A stretch of DNA of 64,000 bases from assembly GCA_900548725.1 (NCBI GenBank), contig URLV01000004.1, positions 162-64,161 on the forward strand. Direction: 5' to 3'. Made by a program: the position numbers and the translations under genes. A model generated the notes under the pieces. That model made no database searches. It worked only from the letters and a program-made list of their open reading frames with translations, and had not been told where the DNA came from. The stretch is from an uncultured Mycoplasmatota bacterium (GTDB lineage Bacteria; Bacillota_I; Bacilli_A; RF39; UBA660). Below are positions 18,224 to 30,225 of this stretch, one piece after another. Positions within the stretch are counted from its first letter, which is position 1. Each line of letters opens with the position of its first letter.

Positions 18224-19378
18224 ATGAACAAGAAAAAAGTAATCTATTTAATTCTAATTATTGTAACTTTCTTAACTTCTATTTTTTCATCAAAATTATA
18301 CTTTGACAAAACAGAACAAAAAAAATTTAATAATAATTTATCAAAAACTACACAACCAACTATAAAAGAAAAGAACGAAACAAAAAATACTAATGAAGAA
18401 AAAACAACTACAAAAAAAGTTGATGAAAATAGTATTGATAATGACAATAATAAAACTATAAACAATACATTTAATATAAAATTATCATTTGCAGGAGATA
18501 CAATGTTAGCATCATACAAAGACCAAACAACACCAGGAAGTTTTAATGAATATGCAAATAATAAAGAACCATCATATTTTCTAAGTAAAGTTAGTAATAT
18601 TTTTAAAGAAGATGATTTTACAATATTAAATTTAGAAAATGTACTTACAGACCAGCAGCTAGAAGAAGTTAATAAAAATAGTGAACCAGCCTATTGGTAC
18701 AAATCAAAAACAGATAACATAAAAATTTTAACTACATCAAGCATAGAAGGACTTTCAGTTTCTAATAACCACACTAACGACTATGGTCCAATTGGAAAAC
18801 AAGATACAATAAATACTATAGTTAATGCAAATATACAATATGGAGATTATAATAACATAATGTATTTTGAAAAAAATAATTATAAAATAGCAGTTATATG
18901 TAAAGGTTTATGGATAGAATCACAAACAAATGAAATTATAAAATTAATAAAAAAAGCAGAACAAAATTCAGATTATCAAATAGTATTCTTTCACGGTGGG
19001 CAGGAAAAAATTCATCATCCAGAAGAATGGAAAGTTAATGCAACTAGAAAATTAATAGACAACGGAGCCGACCTAGTAATTGGAAGTCATCCTCACGTAA
19101 TTCAACCAAGAGAAATATATAAAGAAAAAGAAATAATATATTCGTTAGGAAACTTTTGTTATGGAGGTAATAGAAATCCAGAAAATAGAACTATTATATA
19201 TCAAATGAATTTAACTATAGACGACAATAATACATTAGTAAATGAAAACTCAGAAATTATACCATGTTATGTTTATACAACTAAAACGAATAATTACCAA
19301 CCAGCACCTATAGAAGATGAAACCATAAAAAATAAAGTTCTTAACTTCATGGATTGGAAAGAAGACACTCCACTCTAA
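18224..19378 (+). CDS. CapA/PGA_cap family metallophosphatase-like protein
   Basis: N-terminal TM, then LSFAGDTML, LENVLT, NNHTNDYG, FHGGQE, GSHPHVIQP. Confidence 0.75.
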   Translation: MNKKKVIYLILIIVTFLTSIFSSKLYFDKTEQKKFNNNLSKTTQPTIKEKNETKNTNEEKTTTKKVDENSIDNDNNKTINNTFNIKLSFAGDTMLASYKDQTTPGSFNEYANNKEPSYFLSKVSNIFKEDDFTILNLENVLTDQQLEEVNKNSEPAYWYKSKTDNIKILTTSSIEGLSVSNNHTNDYGPIGKQDTINTIVNANIQYGDYNNIMYFEKNNYKIAVICKGLWIESQTNEIIKLIKKAEQNSDYQIVFFHGGQEKIHHPEEWKVNATRKLIDNGADLVIGSHPHVIQPREIYKEKEIIYSLGNFCYGGNRNPENRTIIYQMNLTIDDNNTLVNENSEIIPCYVYTTKTNNYQPAPIEDETIKNKVLNFMDWKEDTPL

Positions 19379-19464
19379 GACATAAATACAATAATTTAAA
19401 AATATTGTGTTTTTTTAATAGACAAAAATATAAAATTTGTACTATAATTAATTTAGGTGATAAT

Positions 19465-19878
19465 ATGACGAATGAATCAATAAACAATATTATTATTAAT
19501 TTAGAAAACAACAAGACAATTATCGCCAATAATAAAATGTTCGATAAACTATATGTATCTAATATTGATTCAAACGGAGATGAAATCCCTTACAAAGAAA
19601 ATAATACTAATTCTCTAGTAAGTAACTTCTTTATGATAAAATTAAAAAATAAAACAATAGAATATAATTTAACAAATAAACAATTAGAAGAAAATGCATT
19701 TAATTTAATTAAAAATGAAAAAAACATAGAAAGTATAATTATTAATTTTAAAAATGGTAAATCTCTACCCTTTTTATTAAAATCAAATAATATATTTCAT
19801 ACTTTTAAAATAAAAAATGATTTATGTATTGTTCAAAGTGAATATGATATTAAATATTATGAAAATTTATTCATATAA
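19465..19878 (+). CDS. hypothetical protein (137 aa)
   Basis: Start moved to MTNES.. behind a GGTGA SD. Followed by a bidirectional hairpin terminator at 19880-19905. Confidence 0.55.
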   Translation: MTNESINNIIINLENNKTIIANNKMFDKLYVSNIDSNGDEIPYKENNTNSLVSNFFMIKLKNKTIEYNLTNKQLEENAFNLIKNEKNIESIIINFKNGKSLPFLLKSNNIFHTFKIKNDLCIVQSEYDIKYYENLFI

Positions 19879-19906
19879 AAATCTACTAAATTTAGTAGAT
19901 ATTTTT

Positions 19907-21031
19907 TTATTCACTTAAACTATGTAATTTCTCATACACTCCATTAAAAGTATTAATAAATACAGTTATTTCTTCTAACTTAGTCATACAAGACAAACTA
20001 ATTCTAATAGTAGTTTCTGCTCTTAATCTATCATTATATAAAGCCATTACACTGGTAGATAACTTACCACTACTACAAGCTGTATTACTAGATATATATA
20101 TTTCATGTCTTTCCATAGCATGTATAAATGTTTCTGGTTTTATATCCATTAAACTTATATTTAATATATGTGGTATTGAATACTTACTTTTATTAATTTT
20201 TATATTAGGATATGTACTTAATTTTTTTACTAATTTATCATTCCATTTTTCAACTATTTCTAATTTTTTATCTAATTCATGTAAACTTATACGTAAAGCT
20301 TTACTAAATGAAACAATTAATGGGAGTGCTGGAGTACCAGGATGAAATGATTCATCTGTACCATGTAATAATTTCTGACATTTTACATTCTTTTTTTTAT
20401 AAAATAGCCCTATTCCTTTAGGTGCATATATCTTATGTCCACTAGCACTTGCTAAATCAAAATCATTAAAATTAATACTAACTTTACCAAGTGCTTGTGT
20501 TATATCAGAATGTAATAATATATTCTTATTATATTTATTAATAACCTGTTTTATAGTCCTTAAAGGTTGTCTTATACCAGTCTCACTATTAACCGCACAT
20601 ATACTTATAAGTATAGTATCTTCATTCATTTTTCTTTTTAAATCTTCAAAATCAATAACACCTTCCACTGTATTATTAACATAACTAACTTTAAAACCAA
20701 TACTAACTAAATAATCAACAATTTTATATATACTAGGATGTTCTAACTTAGAAACTATTATATGGTTTCCTTTATCTTTATTAGCTAAACAAGCCCCTAT
20801 AATTGCTAAATTATTACTTTCAGTAGCACCACTTGTAAAACTAAATTCACTAACATCTATATTTAAAAGTTCACTAACTTGTCTAGTAGCACTATTAAGT
20901 AACTCTCTAGATTTTAATCCCAAGTTATGTAAACTATTAGGATTACCAAAATATTCATTAGTAACTTTATTATAACTATCTAACACTTCAGGTAATACTG
21001 GTGTCGTTGCTGAATAATCTAAATATATCAT
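19907..21031 (-). CDS. cysteine desulfurase (class V aminotransferase, NifS/IscS-like)
   Basis: IYLDYSATTP, SGHKIYAPKGIG (PLP lysine), C-terminal SSNTACSSG active-site Cys loop. Start at 21031 after an AGGTGA SD. Confidence 0.85.
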   Translation of the reverse strand: MIYLDYSATTPVLPEVLDSYNKVTNEYFGNPNSLHNLGLKSRELLNSATRQVSELLNIDVSEFSFTSGATESNNLAIIGACLANKDKGNHIIVSKLEHPSIYKIVDYLVSIGFKVSYVNNTVEGVIDFEDLKRKMNEDTILISICAVNSETGIRQPLRTIKQVINKYNKNILLHSDITQALGKVSINFNDFDLASASGHKIYAPKGIGLFYKKKNVKCQKLLHGTDESFHPGTPALPLIVSFSKALRISLHELDKKLEIVEKWNDKLVKKLSTYPNIKINKSKYSIPHILNISLMDIKPETFIHAMERHEIYISSNTACSSGKLSTSVMALYNDRLRAETTIRISLSCMTKLEEITVFINTFNGVYEKLHSLSE

Positions 21032-21128
21032 TTCCCTATCACCTATTATCAATTATATACTATATTTTTACTAAATTAAAGTAATTTTAAACTATTCTAT
21101 ATTTTTTTACCAAATTTTTACACAATAA

Positions 21129-22274
21129 CTATTTAACTTTATCACTCACTAACATATCCAATATATATTTAGTAAAACAAATTATAACAACAAAATATAT
21201 TATTGCTATTAAGTTATAACTTATAAAATCAAATTCAAATAAGAATCTAAAATAAGTTATAACACTAATTAAATTTATTAACATAGGTATATAATATTTC
21301 TTTTCATAACATACAAACCATATTACACTTACTATATCACCTACAAACATATATCTCTCATGCATTCTAGGCAAAAAATAAGTAGCAATCATTAAACTCC
21401 ATAAAAGTATACTTAATATTTTTTCTTTATTAAATTTAACTTTATTTAATATAACATATAACCAAATAATAAAATATATAAAACAAGTAAATAACATTCC
21501 TATCTTACTTATAATATCCATATACTTATATGAAAAAACTTCATTAGTACTAATAATATTATATATATTAGGATAATTAAGTACTAAATCTTTATATGTA
21601 TTAGTTTGATTAAAATATATTGTTAACACATCAATAATATTTCTTCCCATTAATATACTAGGTAAGCATAATATAATATTTATTAAAGGAATTATTAAAA
21701 AATAATACCATTTTATATTTTTATCTCTAAATAACATTAATATATATAACGGAATAACAAACATTGTTTGTAATTTAAAACTAAATGCAACTCCTAAATA
21801 TATAAATGATTTGATATATTTTTTGTCTAATAAATAATAAATAGATATTAAAATAAATGAAGTATATATACTATCACATTGTCCCCACATAGAACCATTA
21901 ATTATTACTGTTGGTAAAAATAATACTATACTATATATAATTAATGATTTTACTTTATTGTTAGTAATTTTATAAACTATTTTATGTGAATATATAGCAC
22001 AAATATAATCAAATATTATTGATACAAACTTTATTAAATACAAATGATTTTTAAAGTAAGATATTATAGTTAATATTATTACATAAGGTACATTATAATC
22101 TCCTATATTATATTTTAAAGATTTAAAACCGCCTAATTTTATTATTTGATTTATCCATGGTTGTAAAAATCCTAAATAATCTCCACTTTTACCATTTAAC
22201 CATAAGCACCTTATTAGTAATGCTAATAAACTAACAATAAGTATAATTATTTTATATTTTTTATCATCTTTCAT
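21129..22274 (-). CDS. polytopic GT-C-like membrane glycosyltransferase (Gpi18/DUF2029-like)
   Basis: About 10 TM segments. N-terminal SGDYLGFLQPWINQI and DYNVPY loop resemble Gpi18-like mannosyltransferases. Function tentative. Confidence 0.5.
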   Translation of the reverse strand: MKDDKKYKIIILIVSLLALLIRCLWLNGKSGDYLGFLQPWINQIIKLGGFKSLKYNIGDYNVPYVIILTIISYFKNHLYLIKFVSIIFDYICAIYSHKIVYKITNNKVKSLIIYSIVLFLPTVIINGSMWGQCDSIYTSFILISIYYLLDKKYIKSFIYLGVAFSFKLQTMFVIPLYILMLFRDKNIKWYYFLIIPLINIILCLPSILMGRNIIDVLTIYFNQTNTYKDLVLNYPNIYNIISTNEVFSYKYMDIISKIGMLFTCFIYFIIWLYVILNKVKFNKEKILSILLWSLMIATYFLPRMHERYMFVGDIVSVIWFVCYEKKYYIPMLINLISVITYFRFLFEFDFISYNLIAIIYFVVIICFTKYILDMLVSDKVK

Positions 22275-22301
22275 AATATATCACATTAAAAGTATAACAT
22301 A

Positions 22302-22907
22302 TTATTTTTTTATTTTCTTTATAATTTTATACACAATCAAACAAATTAATAATATTAATATAACTTTACTGTATTTACTAAATACTCCTGCAACTACCAT
22401 ATAATTTTCTCCAACTAATTTACCTAAACTAACCAACACCGTATTCCATATTAAAGAACCTACAAATGTATATAATAAAAATATACTTAATTTCATTTTA
22501 TTAACACCAGCAGGTATACTTATTAAACTTCTAACAATAGGTATAAAACGACAATATAATACTGTTAAATCACCATTTTTATTAAAACTACTATCACTTT
22601 TAACAATATCACTTTCTTTTAAACAAAGTATTCTTCCTACTTTACTTCTAACTATTTTTAAAAGTCTATCTTTATTAAAGATATAACCTACGTAATATAG
22701 TATTATAGCCCCTATCATACTTCCAAATGTAGAATACATTATAACACCAACTAAAGACATATTAACTCCATCTTTACTAGTCATAAAACCACCTAAAGTA
22801 AGTATTACTTCACTAGGTATAGGAGGAAATATATTTTCTATTGTTATCAAAAAAAGTATTCCTATATAACCATATTTATTCATTATATTTATTACAAAAT
22901 TATTCAT
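22302..22907 (-). CDS. DedA family membrane protein
   Basis: ENIFPPIPSEVIL motif and DedA-type topology. Confidence 0.8.
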   Translation of the reverse strand: MNNFVINIMNKYGYIGILFLITIENIFPPIPSEVILTLGGFMTSKDGVNMSLVGVIMYSTFGSMIGAIILYYVGYIFNKDRLLKIVRSKVGRILCLKESDIVKSDSSFNKNGDLTVLYCRFIPIVRSLISIPAGVNKMKLSIFLLYTFVGSLIWNTVLVSLGKLVGENYMVVAGVFSKYSKVILILLICLIVYKIIKKIKK

Positions 22908-22934
22908 ACTAAATTATATTAAAAAGTCTGATAA

Positions 22935-23174
22935 CTATTCGCTATCAGACTCTATTTTTTGAAATCTATAAACTTGTTTAACATCAGGATATTTATCTTT
23001 ATCTACTAATGAATTAAACATACTAAGAGGTCTTACCCAATATTCTTTATTTTTAATATGGTAATAAACTACTTCTTCTTCCATAGTTTCTGTATTTTTA
23101 GCAACACAAACTATTCGAACTATATGTCCTTTAAAGTGTTTATAAATTTCTCCAATTTTTACTTCTCTATTCAT
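22935..23174 (-). CDS. DUF1653 family protein
   Basis: [26 protein letters not shown]. Start moved to MNREV.. (23174). Confidence 0.7.
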   Translation of the reverse strand: MNREVKIGEIYKHFKGHIVRIVCVAKNTETMEEEVVYYHIKNKEYWVRPLSMFNSLVDKDKYPDVKQVYRFQKIESDSE

Positions 23175-25341
23175 CTTTTTTCTTTTTATCTTTACCCTTA
23201 TCTTCTTTTTTCTTAGGTTTTGGTAAAGCATCTTTACGACTTAAATTTAATCTTCCACGATTATCATATCCTAAAGATTTAACAATTATTTCATCTCCAA
23301 TTTTAACAACATCACTAGTTTTTTCAACTCTTTCATGAGCAAGTTGTGAAACGTGTACTAATCCTTCACATCCTGGCCATAATTCTACAAAACAACCAAA
23401 TTCTTCAACTTTAACAACTTTTCCAGTATATGTTTTACCATCTTCTACTTCTCTAACAATATTTTTTATCATTTCTGCAGTCTTATCAATTACATTTTGA
23501 TCAGTATGATATATAATTACTCTACCATCATCTTCTAAGTCAACTTTAACAGCATCTTTATCATTAACGGTTTTAACATTACTTGCATCAAGTATAATCT
23601 TAGTAATCATTTCTCCACCACGACCAATAACATCTTTAATCTTTTCAGGATCAATATTAAATGTTGCAATCTTAGGAGCATAAGGACTCAATTCTTTTCT
23701 AGGTTCACTAATTACAGTTTCCATCAAATCAAGAATTTCCATTCTAGCTTTTTTAGCCTGAGCTAATGCTTCTTTTAATATTTCACGTGTTACACCTTTT
23801 ATTTTAATATCCATTTGTAAAGCACAAATACCAGCTCTAGTTCCTGCAACTTTAAAGTCCATATCACCCATATGGTCTTCTAACCCTTGAATATCTGTAA
23901 GTATTGTATATTTATCACCTTTAGTAATAAGTCCCATTGCAATACCAGCAACTGGTGCTTTAATAGGAACACCTGCTGCCATTAAAGATAAACATCCAGC
24001 ACATATACTTGCTTGACTAGAACTTCCATTACTTTCTAAAATTTCACTAACTACACGAATAGTATAAGGGAATTCTTCTTCACTAGGAATAACTTGTAAT
24101 AATGCTCTTTCTCCTAAAGCACCATGACCAATTTCACGTCTTCCAGGACTACCATATCTACCAGTTTCACCAACACTAAATGCAGGGAAGTTATAATGAA
24201 GCATAAATCTCTTAGTATCTTCAATTCCAAGCCCATCTAATATTTGGTGTTCTCCAATAGCACCTAAAGTAGTTGTCGATAAAGCTTGAGTTTGCCCTCT
24301 TGTAAATAAAGCAGAACCATGAGTACGAGGAAGTAAATCAATTCTAGCACTAAGTGGTCTAATTTCATCCATCTTACGTCCATCAGGTCTTATCTTATCT
24401 TCTGTTATTAACTTTCTAACTTCTTCTCCTTCAATCATATCAACAATCTTTTTAACTGTTTTTAAAATACTTTCTAATTCTTCACTATCAGCAAAAATTT
24501 CATTAAAATGATTAATTGCTTCTTCTTTAACTTCATCTATTCTAGCATATTTTTCTAACTTATCTTTTATTTGTATAGCCTCTAACATATCATTAGTACT
24601 AAATTCTCTTACAGCCTTATCAAGTTCTGGATCAATACTAGCAAGTTCTACTTCAGTTTTCTTAACTCCAATTTTCTTAATAATTTTCTTTTGAAATTGA
24701 CATAATTTCTTAATTGCTTTTTGACCGAATTCTAAAGCATCAAGCATAACTTCTTCACTAACTTGTTTACATCCAGCTTCTATCATACAAATATCTGTTT
24801 CAGTACCAGCAACGGTTAATGTAAGTTCAGTTTGTTCTAATTCTTCACTAGTTGGATTAATAATAAACTTCTTACCAATTTTACCAACAACAACGCCTGC
24901 AACTGGTCCATCAAAAGGAATATTAGATATTCCTAGTGCTAAACTTGATCCAAATAAAGCAGTCATCTCAGGACTATTATCAGGATCTACTGATAAAATA
25001 GTATTAATAACTTGTACTTCATTTCTAAAATTCTCATCAAACATAGGTCTAATAGGTCTATCTATTAAACGTGCTGCTAATGTAGCATTTTCACTAGGTC
25101 TACCTTCTCTTTTAATAAATCCACCAGGTATCTTACCAACAGAATATAATTTTTCATTATATACAACTGTTAAAGGAAAAAAATCTGCAGTACTAACATT
25201 ATTACTCATTACAGCAGCAGTTAAAACAACTGTATCTCCATATCTTACTAATACAGCACCATTACTTTGTTTAGCAAGTTCTCCATTTTCTACAACCAAT
25301 TTTCTCCCCATAAAATCTAATTCAAAAACATTTTTATCCAT
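23167..25341 (-). CDS. pnp: polyribonucleotide nucleotidyltransferase (PNPase)
   Basis: Two RNase PH domains, KH (GRGGEMI) and S1 ([15 protein letters not shown]), with a Lys-rich tail. Confidence 0.97.
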   Translation of the reverse strand: MDKNVFELDFMGRKLVVENGELAKQSNGAVLVRYGDTVVLTAAVMSNNVSTADFFPLTVVYNEKLYSVGKIPGGFIKREGRPSENATLAARLIDRPIRPMFDENFRNEVQVINTILSVDPDNSPEMTALFGSSLALGISNIPFDGPVAGVVVGKIGKKFIINPTSEELEQTELTLTVAGTETDICMIEAGCKQVSEEVMLDALEFGQKAIKKLCQFQKKIIKKIGVKKTEVELASIDPELDKAVREFSTNDMLEAIQIKDKLEKYARIDEVKEEAINHFNEIFADSEELESILKTVKKIVDMIEGEEVRKLITEDKIRPDGRKMDEIRPLSARIDLLPRTHGSALFTRGQTQALSTTTLGAIGEHQILDGLGIEDTKRFMLHYNFPAFSVGETGRYGSPGRREIGHGALGERALLQVIPSEEEFPYTIRVVSEILESNGSSSQASICAGCLSLMAAGVPIKAPVAGIAMGLITKGDKYTILTDIQGLEDHMGDMDFKVAGTRAGICALQMDIKIKGVTREILKEALAQAKKARMEILDLMETVISEPRKELSPYAPKIATFNIDPEKIKDVIGRGGEMITKIILDASNVKTVNDKDAVKVDLEDDGRVIIYHTDQNVIDKTAEMIKNIVREVEDGKTYTGKVVKVEEFGCFVELWPGCEGLVHVSQLAHERVEKTSDVVKIGDEIIVKSLGYDNRGRLNLSRKDALPKPKKKEDKGKDKKKKDE

Positions 25342-25402
25342 TCTTTACCTCCTACAAATATCAATATTTTCAAAAAATAAAAAGACACAAAAAATAATGT
25401 GC

Positions 25403-25672
25403 CTACTTTCTTATATTTAATTCTTTAATTAGTTCTCTATAACTAACTACATCAGTTCTTTTTAAATAGTCTAATAAACTACGTCTCTTACCAACCTTCA
25501 TTAATAATCCACGTTTAGAATGATAATCATGTTTATGAACTTTTAAATGTTCAGTTAAATCATTAATTTCATCTGTTAATATAGCTATTTGAACTTTACT
25601 TGAACCAGTATCTTTTTCGTCTTTACCAAACTTTTTAACTAATTCAGCTTTTCTTTCTTTTGTAACTGCCAT
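25403..25672 (-). CDS. rpsO: 30S ribosomal protein S15
   Basis: [11 protein letters not shown].. [19 protein letters not shown]. Start at 25672 after a GGAGG SD. Confidence 0.95.
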   Translation of the reverse strand: MAVTKERKAELVKKFGKDEKDTGSSKVQIAILTDEINDLTEHLKVHKHDYHSKRGLLMKVGKRRSLLDYLKRTDVVSYRELIKELNIRK

Positions 25673-25807
25673 AAAATTAACCTCCATTTTTCTATTAACC
25701 GTCATATCATAGATATAATTCGGAGTAAATTGAATCCATGAAATAACTTTTACATTTGATATTATACACATAAATCATTGTTTATGCAAGCTTTTTTGCA
25801 CTTTATC

Positions 25808-26365
25808 TTAACGTTTGAAAAAATTTCCAAAAAAACCATTTTTATTTTGTTCTTGAATTGATTCATTTATTTCTTTTTCTTCTGCTGTTTTATCAAGATC
25901 ATATAATGCTTTAAACATTATCGATTCATTCATTCGATTTTCTTCTATTGTTTTATCAATACCTTCTGTAGCTCTAAATCTTGTTGTTTTATAACTACCT
26001 TCACCGTAATTACCTCCAACAATTTTTTCATCAACATATAAATCAAATTTTTTTTCTAATATTACTAAAGCCCTTTTTATCTCATCTAAAGACAATTCTA
26101 CATTTTCATCAAATGTATTTTTTTCTTCTATTTCACTTTCTTCAACGTCAATATTATTAATTATATCTTTATATGAATCTTCATCCTTAATTAAAATACC
26201 ATAATAATTCATAACAGTAGTAACTATATTATGTCCACTTTCAAAAGTAAAAAATTCTTTTTTATATTTTTTATTATATTTAGCGAACATTAAATCTTTT
26301 AAATTATACTTCTTTACATTCTTAATTTCTTTTACTATTTCCTCAAAATATTTAGATTCTTTCAT
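25808..26365 (-). CDS. hypothetical acidic protein (185 aa)
   Basis: Clean ORF. No motif recognised. Confidence 0.55.
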   Translation of the reverse strand: MKESKYFEEIVKEIKNVKKYNLKDLMFAKYNKKYKKEFFTFESGHNIVTTVMNYYGILIKDEDSYKDIINNIDVEESEIEEKNTFDENVELSLDEIKRALVILEKKFDLYVDEKIVGGNYGEGSYKTTRFRATEGIDKTIEENRMNESIMFKALYDLDKTAEEKEINESIQEQNKNGFFGNFFKR

Positions 26366-26409
26366 AAATTATATTCCTCTCACCCATATAATATATATTA
26401 TAATAAAAT

Positions 26410-26958
26410 TCAATTATTTTCAAGTAAACGTTCTATAATATTTTTATGTATTATACCATTTCTACTATAATCTATTTTATCCATTGTTAAAACATATTTT
26501 GGATAATTATCATTTACATTATTATAAACACCAAATTCTCTTTTAACAACTTGATCATCAGACAAAATATTAGCAACTTGTATATAAAATTTTTCTTTAA
26601 AATCTTAAACAACAAAATCTATTTCTCTACTATCAGTTTTTCCAATAAAAACATCATATCCTCTAGCAATTAATTCATTATACACAATATTTTCTAATCT
26701 TCCTCCAACTTTTTGTTCCATAAGGTTTTTTTAATTGTAATAAACCTACATCACTAGCATAATTTTTTTTAAAGTTGCCATAACATTTTTGCCTCTCAGT
26801 TTTTATTTTTTCTTTTATTTATAAATTAAATTTCTTTGTGTCCAAAGTAAGATCAACAAAATCATAATCTTCAAAATTAATATAAATCATATGTTTTTGA
26901 TTTGTTTTGCATCAACGCCCCTCTCTTTTAATTCATTTAAGTTCTCTTTTAATCATAA
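26410..26958 (-). pseudogene. decayed AAA-ATPase/DUF4143 family gene
   Basis: Minus strand reads AGGTGA-ATG MIKREL.., then fragments in three frames: ..YINFEDYDF.., ..NYASDVGLL.., MEQKVGGRLENIVYNELIARGYDVFIGKTDSREIDFVV*DFKEKFYIQV..DNYPKYVLTMD... There is an in-frame TAA, and most of the P-loop domain is missing. Confidence 0.65.
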
Positions 26959-27048
26959 AATCACCTAAATAAAATTATCAAAGTCAAAAATTTTTTCGGT
27001 CTACACTCGAAAAACTTTCTGTTTTTTTTAATTTTTTTCGACTGAAAA

Positions 27049-28284
27049 CTATTTATTTAATAAATAATCTATAGCACATATTAATGTATATTTTCCTGTT
27101 TCATAAGTTAATCCACCTTGTTGATAAGCAATAAACGGACTTCTAATAGGACCATCACAACTCATTTCAATACTTGAACCTTGTGTAAATGCACCACTAG
27201 CCATTATAACTTCATCATCATAACCAGGAGTTTTAACTGGAATTGGTAAGACATTTGAATCTATTGCACTGCCACTTTGTATTCCTTGTACATATTTTAT
27301 TAATTTATCTTTATCATTAAATATTATATTCTCTACTATATCTGCTCTTTCCTCATTATATTTAGGTTCTACATTATATCCTAATTTTTCTAATACTATA
27401 CTAGTTAATATTGATACTTTTAAACTACTTCTAACAACACTAGGTGCAAAAAATAATCCTTTCAAAAAATCTTTATTAGCACCTAAACTAGGTCCAACAT
27501 CAATTCCCTCTCCTGGCAAAGTTAATCTTTCAGCACATAATAGAATATATTTTTCCTTTCCAACAATATAAGCACCATTATTACAAATTCCAGCACCCAA
27601 ATTTTTTATTAAAGAACCAACTACTACATCAGCACCAACATCACTAGGTTCTAAATCACTAACTAATTCACAGTAACAATTATCAACCATAATAATTACA
27701 TCTTTATCTATACTTCTTATTAATTCTATAACTTTCTTAACTTTATCAATAACTAAACTTTTTCTAGTACTATAACCTTTGCTTCTTTGAATATGTATTA
27801 ATTTATATTTTTTATTTTTTAAAGCACTCTCTATCTTATCATAATCAAAATCATCATTAACTAAATCAATCTCTTCATATTTAATACCAAAACTAATTAA
27901 ACTACTAGGATTCTCTTTTATACCTATTACTTCATGTAAAGTATCATAAGGAGTACCAGTAATAGACAGCATAACATCTCCTGGTCTTAATAATCCAAAT
28001 AAACATACACACAAAGCATGAGATGCACTAATAAATTGATTTCTAACTAAACTAGCTTCAGTATGAAATATATCACTATATACTTTTTCAACAACATCAC
28101 GTCCAATATCACCATATCCATATCCAGTAGTACTATTAAAATGAACTTCACTAACATTATTATTTCTAAAAGCATCCATTACTTTAAAAGTATTTTCTTC
28201 ACAAATTTTATCTACTTTATCAAATTCATTTTTTAATTTACTTTCACATTCATTTACTAACTTAATTATATCTTCTCTTATCAT
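27049..28284 (-). CDS. ynbB: PLP-dependent YnbB family enzyme (aluminium-resistance / Cys-Met metabolism fold)
   Basis: HFNSTTGYGYGDIGRDVVEKVY..ASLVRNQ..LRPGD..ITGTPYDTLHEVIG matches the YnbB family. Confidence 0.8.
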   Translation of the reverse strand: MIREDIIKLVNECESKLKNEFDKVDKICEENTFKVMDAFRNNNVSEVHFNSTTGYGYGDIGRDVVEKVYSDIFHTEASLVRNQFISASHALCVCLFGLLRPGDVMLSITGTPYDTLHEVIGIKENPSSLISFGIKYEEIDLVNDDFDYDKIESALKNKKYKLIHIQRSKGYSTRKSLVIDKVKKVIELIRSIDKDVIIMVDNCYCELVSDLEPSDVGADVVVGSLIKNLGAGICNNGAYIVGKEKYILLCAERLTLPGEGIDVGPSLGANKDFLKGLFFAPSVVRSSLKVSILTSIVLEKLGYNVEPKYNEERADIVENIIFNDKDKLIKYVQGIQSGSAIDSNVLPIPVKTPGYDDEVIMASGAFTQGSSIEMSCDGPIRSPFIAYQQGGLTYETGKYTLICAIDYLLNK

Positions 28285-28955
28285 ATTTCTATAACACTTC
28301 CACTTTCTACATTCCCAGTTGCTAACGCAAAAATCTTTTTAGTAACATAATCTTTATCAGAAAGTTCATTTTGACCTATTCTCTTCATCTCATTACTCAA
28401 ATAATTAGGATTCATATTCATTACACTTTCTGTATTAATCCAACCAGGACAAACACAAATAATTTTTTTATCTTTATAATATAAACTTAAATTACGAGAT
28501 AAATTAATAATACCTGCTTTACTACTTGAATAATCTAAACTTATAGGATTATAAGTATCTATACCATCTTTACTACTAATATTAATGATTGTTTTGACAT
28601 TCTCAGCATACTTACACATCATATAAGTACCACCTAAATTAACTTCAACAACTTTCATAAACTCATCAAAACTTTTATTTTCAATATAATTGTCCATAGA
28701 TAAACTAGCATTATTTATTAAAATATCTATATCATACTCATTAAACATTTGCTTTACATCATCTTCACAAGTAATATCAATTTTCTTAGCAATGCAATTT
28801 ACATTATATTTACTATTAACATGATCGCATAATTCTGAAGCTTTATCTTTATTATTTAAATATCCAATAATAACATTATATTGATTGTTAGCAAAAATAT
28901 TTACAATACTTGCACCTAATCCTTGACTTCCCCCTGTTACTAAAACATATTTCAT
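28281..28955 (-). CDS. short-chain dehydrogenase/reductase
   Basis: TGGSQGLGASI Rossmann motif, NNAS, YSSSK catalytic motif. Confidence 0.8.
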   Translation of the reverse strand: MKYVLVTGGSQGLGASIVNIFANNQYNVIIGYLNNKDKASELCDHVNSKYNVNCIAKKIDITCEDDVKQMFNEYDIDILINNASLSMDNYIENKSFDEFMKVVEVNLGGTYMMCKYAENVKTIINISSKDGIDTYNPISLDYSSSKAGIINLSRNLSLYYKDKKIICVCPGWINTESVMNMNPNYLSNEMKRIGQNELSDKDYVTKKIFALATGNVESGSVIEI

Positions 28956-29001
28956 ATAACCACCAAAAATATAATATTATATAAAAAAGAATAAGTCAAA
29001 A

Positions 29002-29679
29002 CTATTTCAACTTATTCTTAACTAAACTATACACATCATCACTAATTTCTTCTATGGTTCTTATTCTTTCATCTTTTACACAGTGTACAATATCATAATT
29101 GTATTTTTCAGCCATCATACTATAAGTTTCTTCTGCATTATGCAAATAATCTACATCTTTCTCAACTTCATCAGGTACTTCTCCTCGTTTATTTCTAAGT
29201 TCAATTGTATATTGATATGGCATATACAAAAACAATACCAAATCCGGTCTAGGTAATTTTAATAAATCATATTCAAGACTTTCTAACCAATTCATCATAT
29301 CTAATTTTTCTTGTTTATCTTTTAATTTACCGGCTTGATGTCCCATATTACTTTCAACATATCTATCTAATATAACATTCACACCATCATCAAGCATTTT
29401 ATTAATTTCACCAATATTATAAAGTCTATCAGCAGCGTAATATAAAGCCGCAACTTTTGGATCAACCTTGCTTGCATTTGGAAAAACACTATCTCCAATA
29501 TGTGGTTTACCTAAAAGTGCCCCACCAATTATTTTTCCTGTAGGAGTATCATACATAGGAAATGCTCTTTCTTCAATTTTAACTCCATCATCTTTTAATC
29601 TATTTAATAATAATTTTGCTTGTGTTTCTTTTCCACTACAATCTGTTCCTTCAATTACTATTAGTTTACCTCTACTCAT
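29002..29679 (-). CDS. tmk: thymidylate kinase
   Basis: IVIEGTDCSGKETQ P-loop and DRY motif. Confidence 0.85.
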   Translation of the reverse strand: MSRGKLIVIEGTDCSGKETQAKLLLNRLKDDGVKIEERAFPMYDTPTGKIIGGALLGKPHIGDSVFPNASKVDPKVAALYYAADRLYNIGEINKMLDDGVNVILDRYVESNMGHQAGKLKDKQEKLDMMNWLESLEYDLLKLPRPDLVLFLYMPYQYTIELRNKRGEVPDEVEKDVDYLHNAEETYSMMAEKYNYDIVHCVKDERIRTIEEISDDVYSLVKNKLK

Positions 29680-30208
29680 TACTCTTTCTCCTCTTTCTCA
29701 AACAATCTTCACATAAAGTAACGTATCCACTATCTCCAACAACTATATCTTTATTTTTATCGCCTTCAAAATATGTATAACTAGCTGGTCTATTACACTC
29801 AGTACAATAGCCTTTACATATTTCAATTTCATCACTAACACTAAGTATATTAGGCATTATTCCAAAAGGCTTTTGTTCACTAGTCATATTTAAACCACAC
29901 ACATAAATATCAATATTCCTATCAATACTTAAATCAGTCAAAACACTAACATCACCTTTCAAAAAATTACCTTCATCAATAAATATAGTTCTAGTATTTT
30001 TTTTTATATAATTTAATATATCACTTAAATCATCAATTAATATAGCATCAACATTATCTTTAATATCTTTAGATTTAATACCTTCATCTCTAGTATTAAT
30101 TCTAGGTTTAAAACACATAATATTCTTTTTATTCCACATCTTAAAATAAGTAGATAAAAGTGCCGTTGTCTTACCACTAAACATAGGCCCAGTAAAAGTT
30201 TTTATCAT
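29672..30208 (-). CDS. tdk: thymidine kinase
   Basis: GPMFSGKTT P-loop, FIDEGNF, and Zn ribbon CTECNRP..LCEDC. Confidence 0.9.
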   Translation of the reverse strand: MIKTFTGPMFSGKTTALLSTYFKMWNKKNIMCFKPRINTRDEGIKSKDIKDNVDAILIDDLSDILNYIKKNTRTIFIDEGNFLKGDVSVLTDLSIDRNIDIYVCGLNMTSEQKPFGIMPNILSVSDEIEICKGYCTECNRPASYTYFEGDKNKDIVVGDSGYVTLCEDCLRKRRKSNE

Positions 30209-30225
30209 CTAAATACACCTCACTT

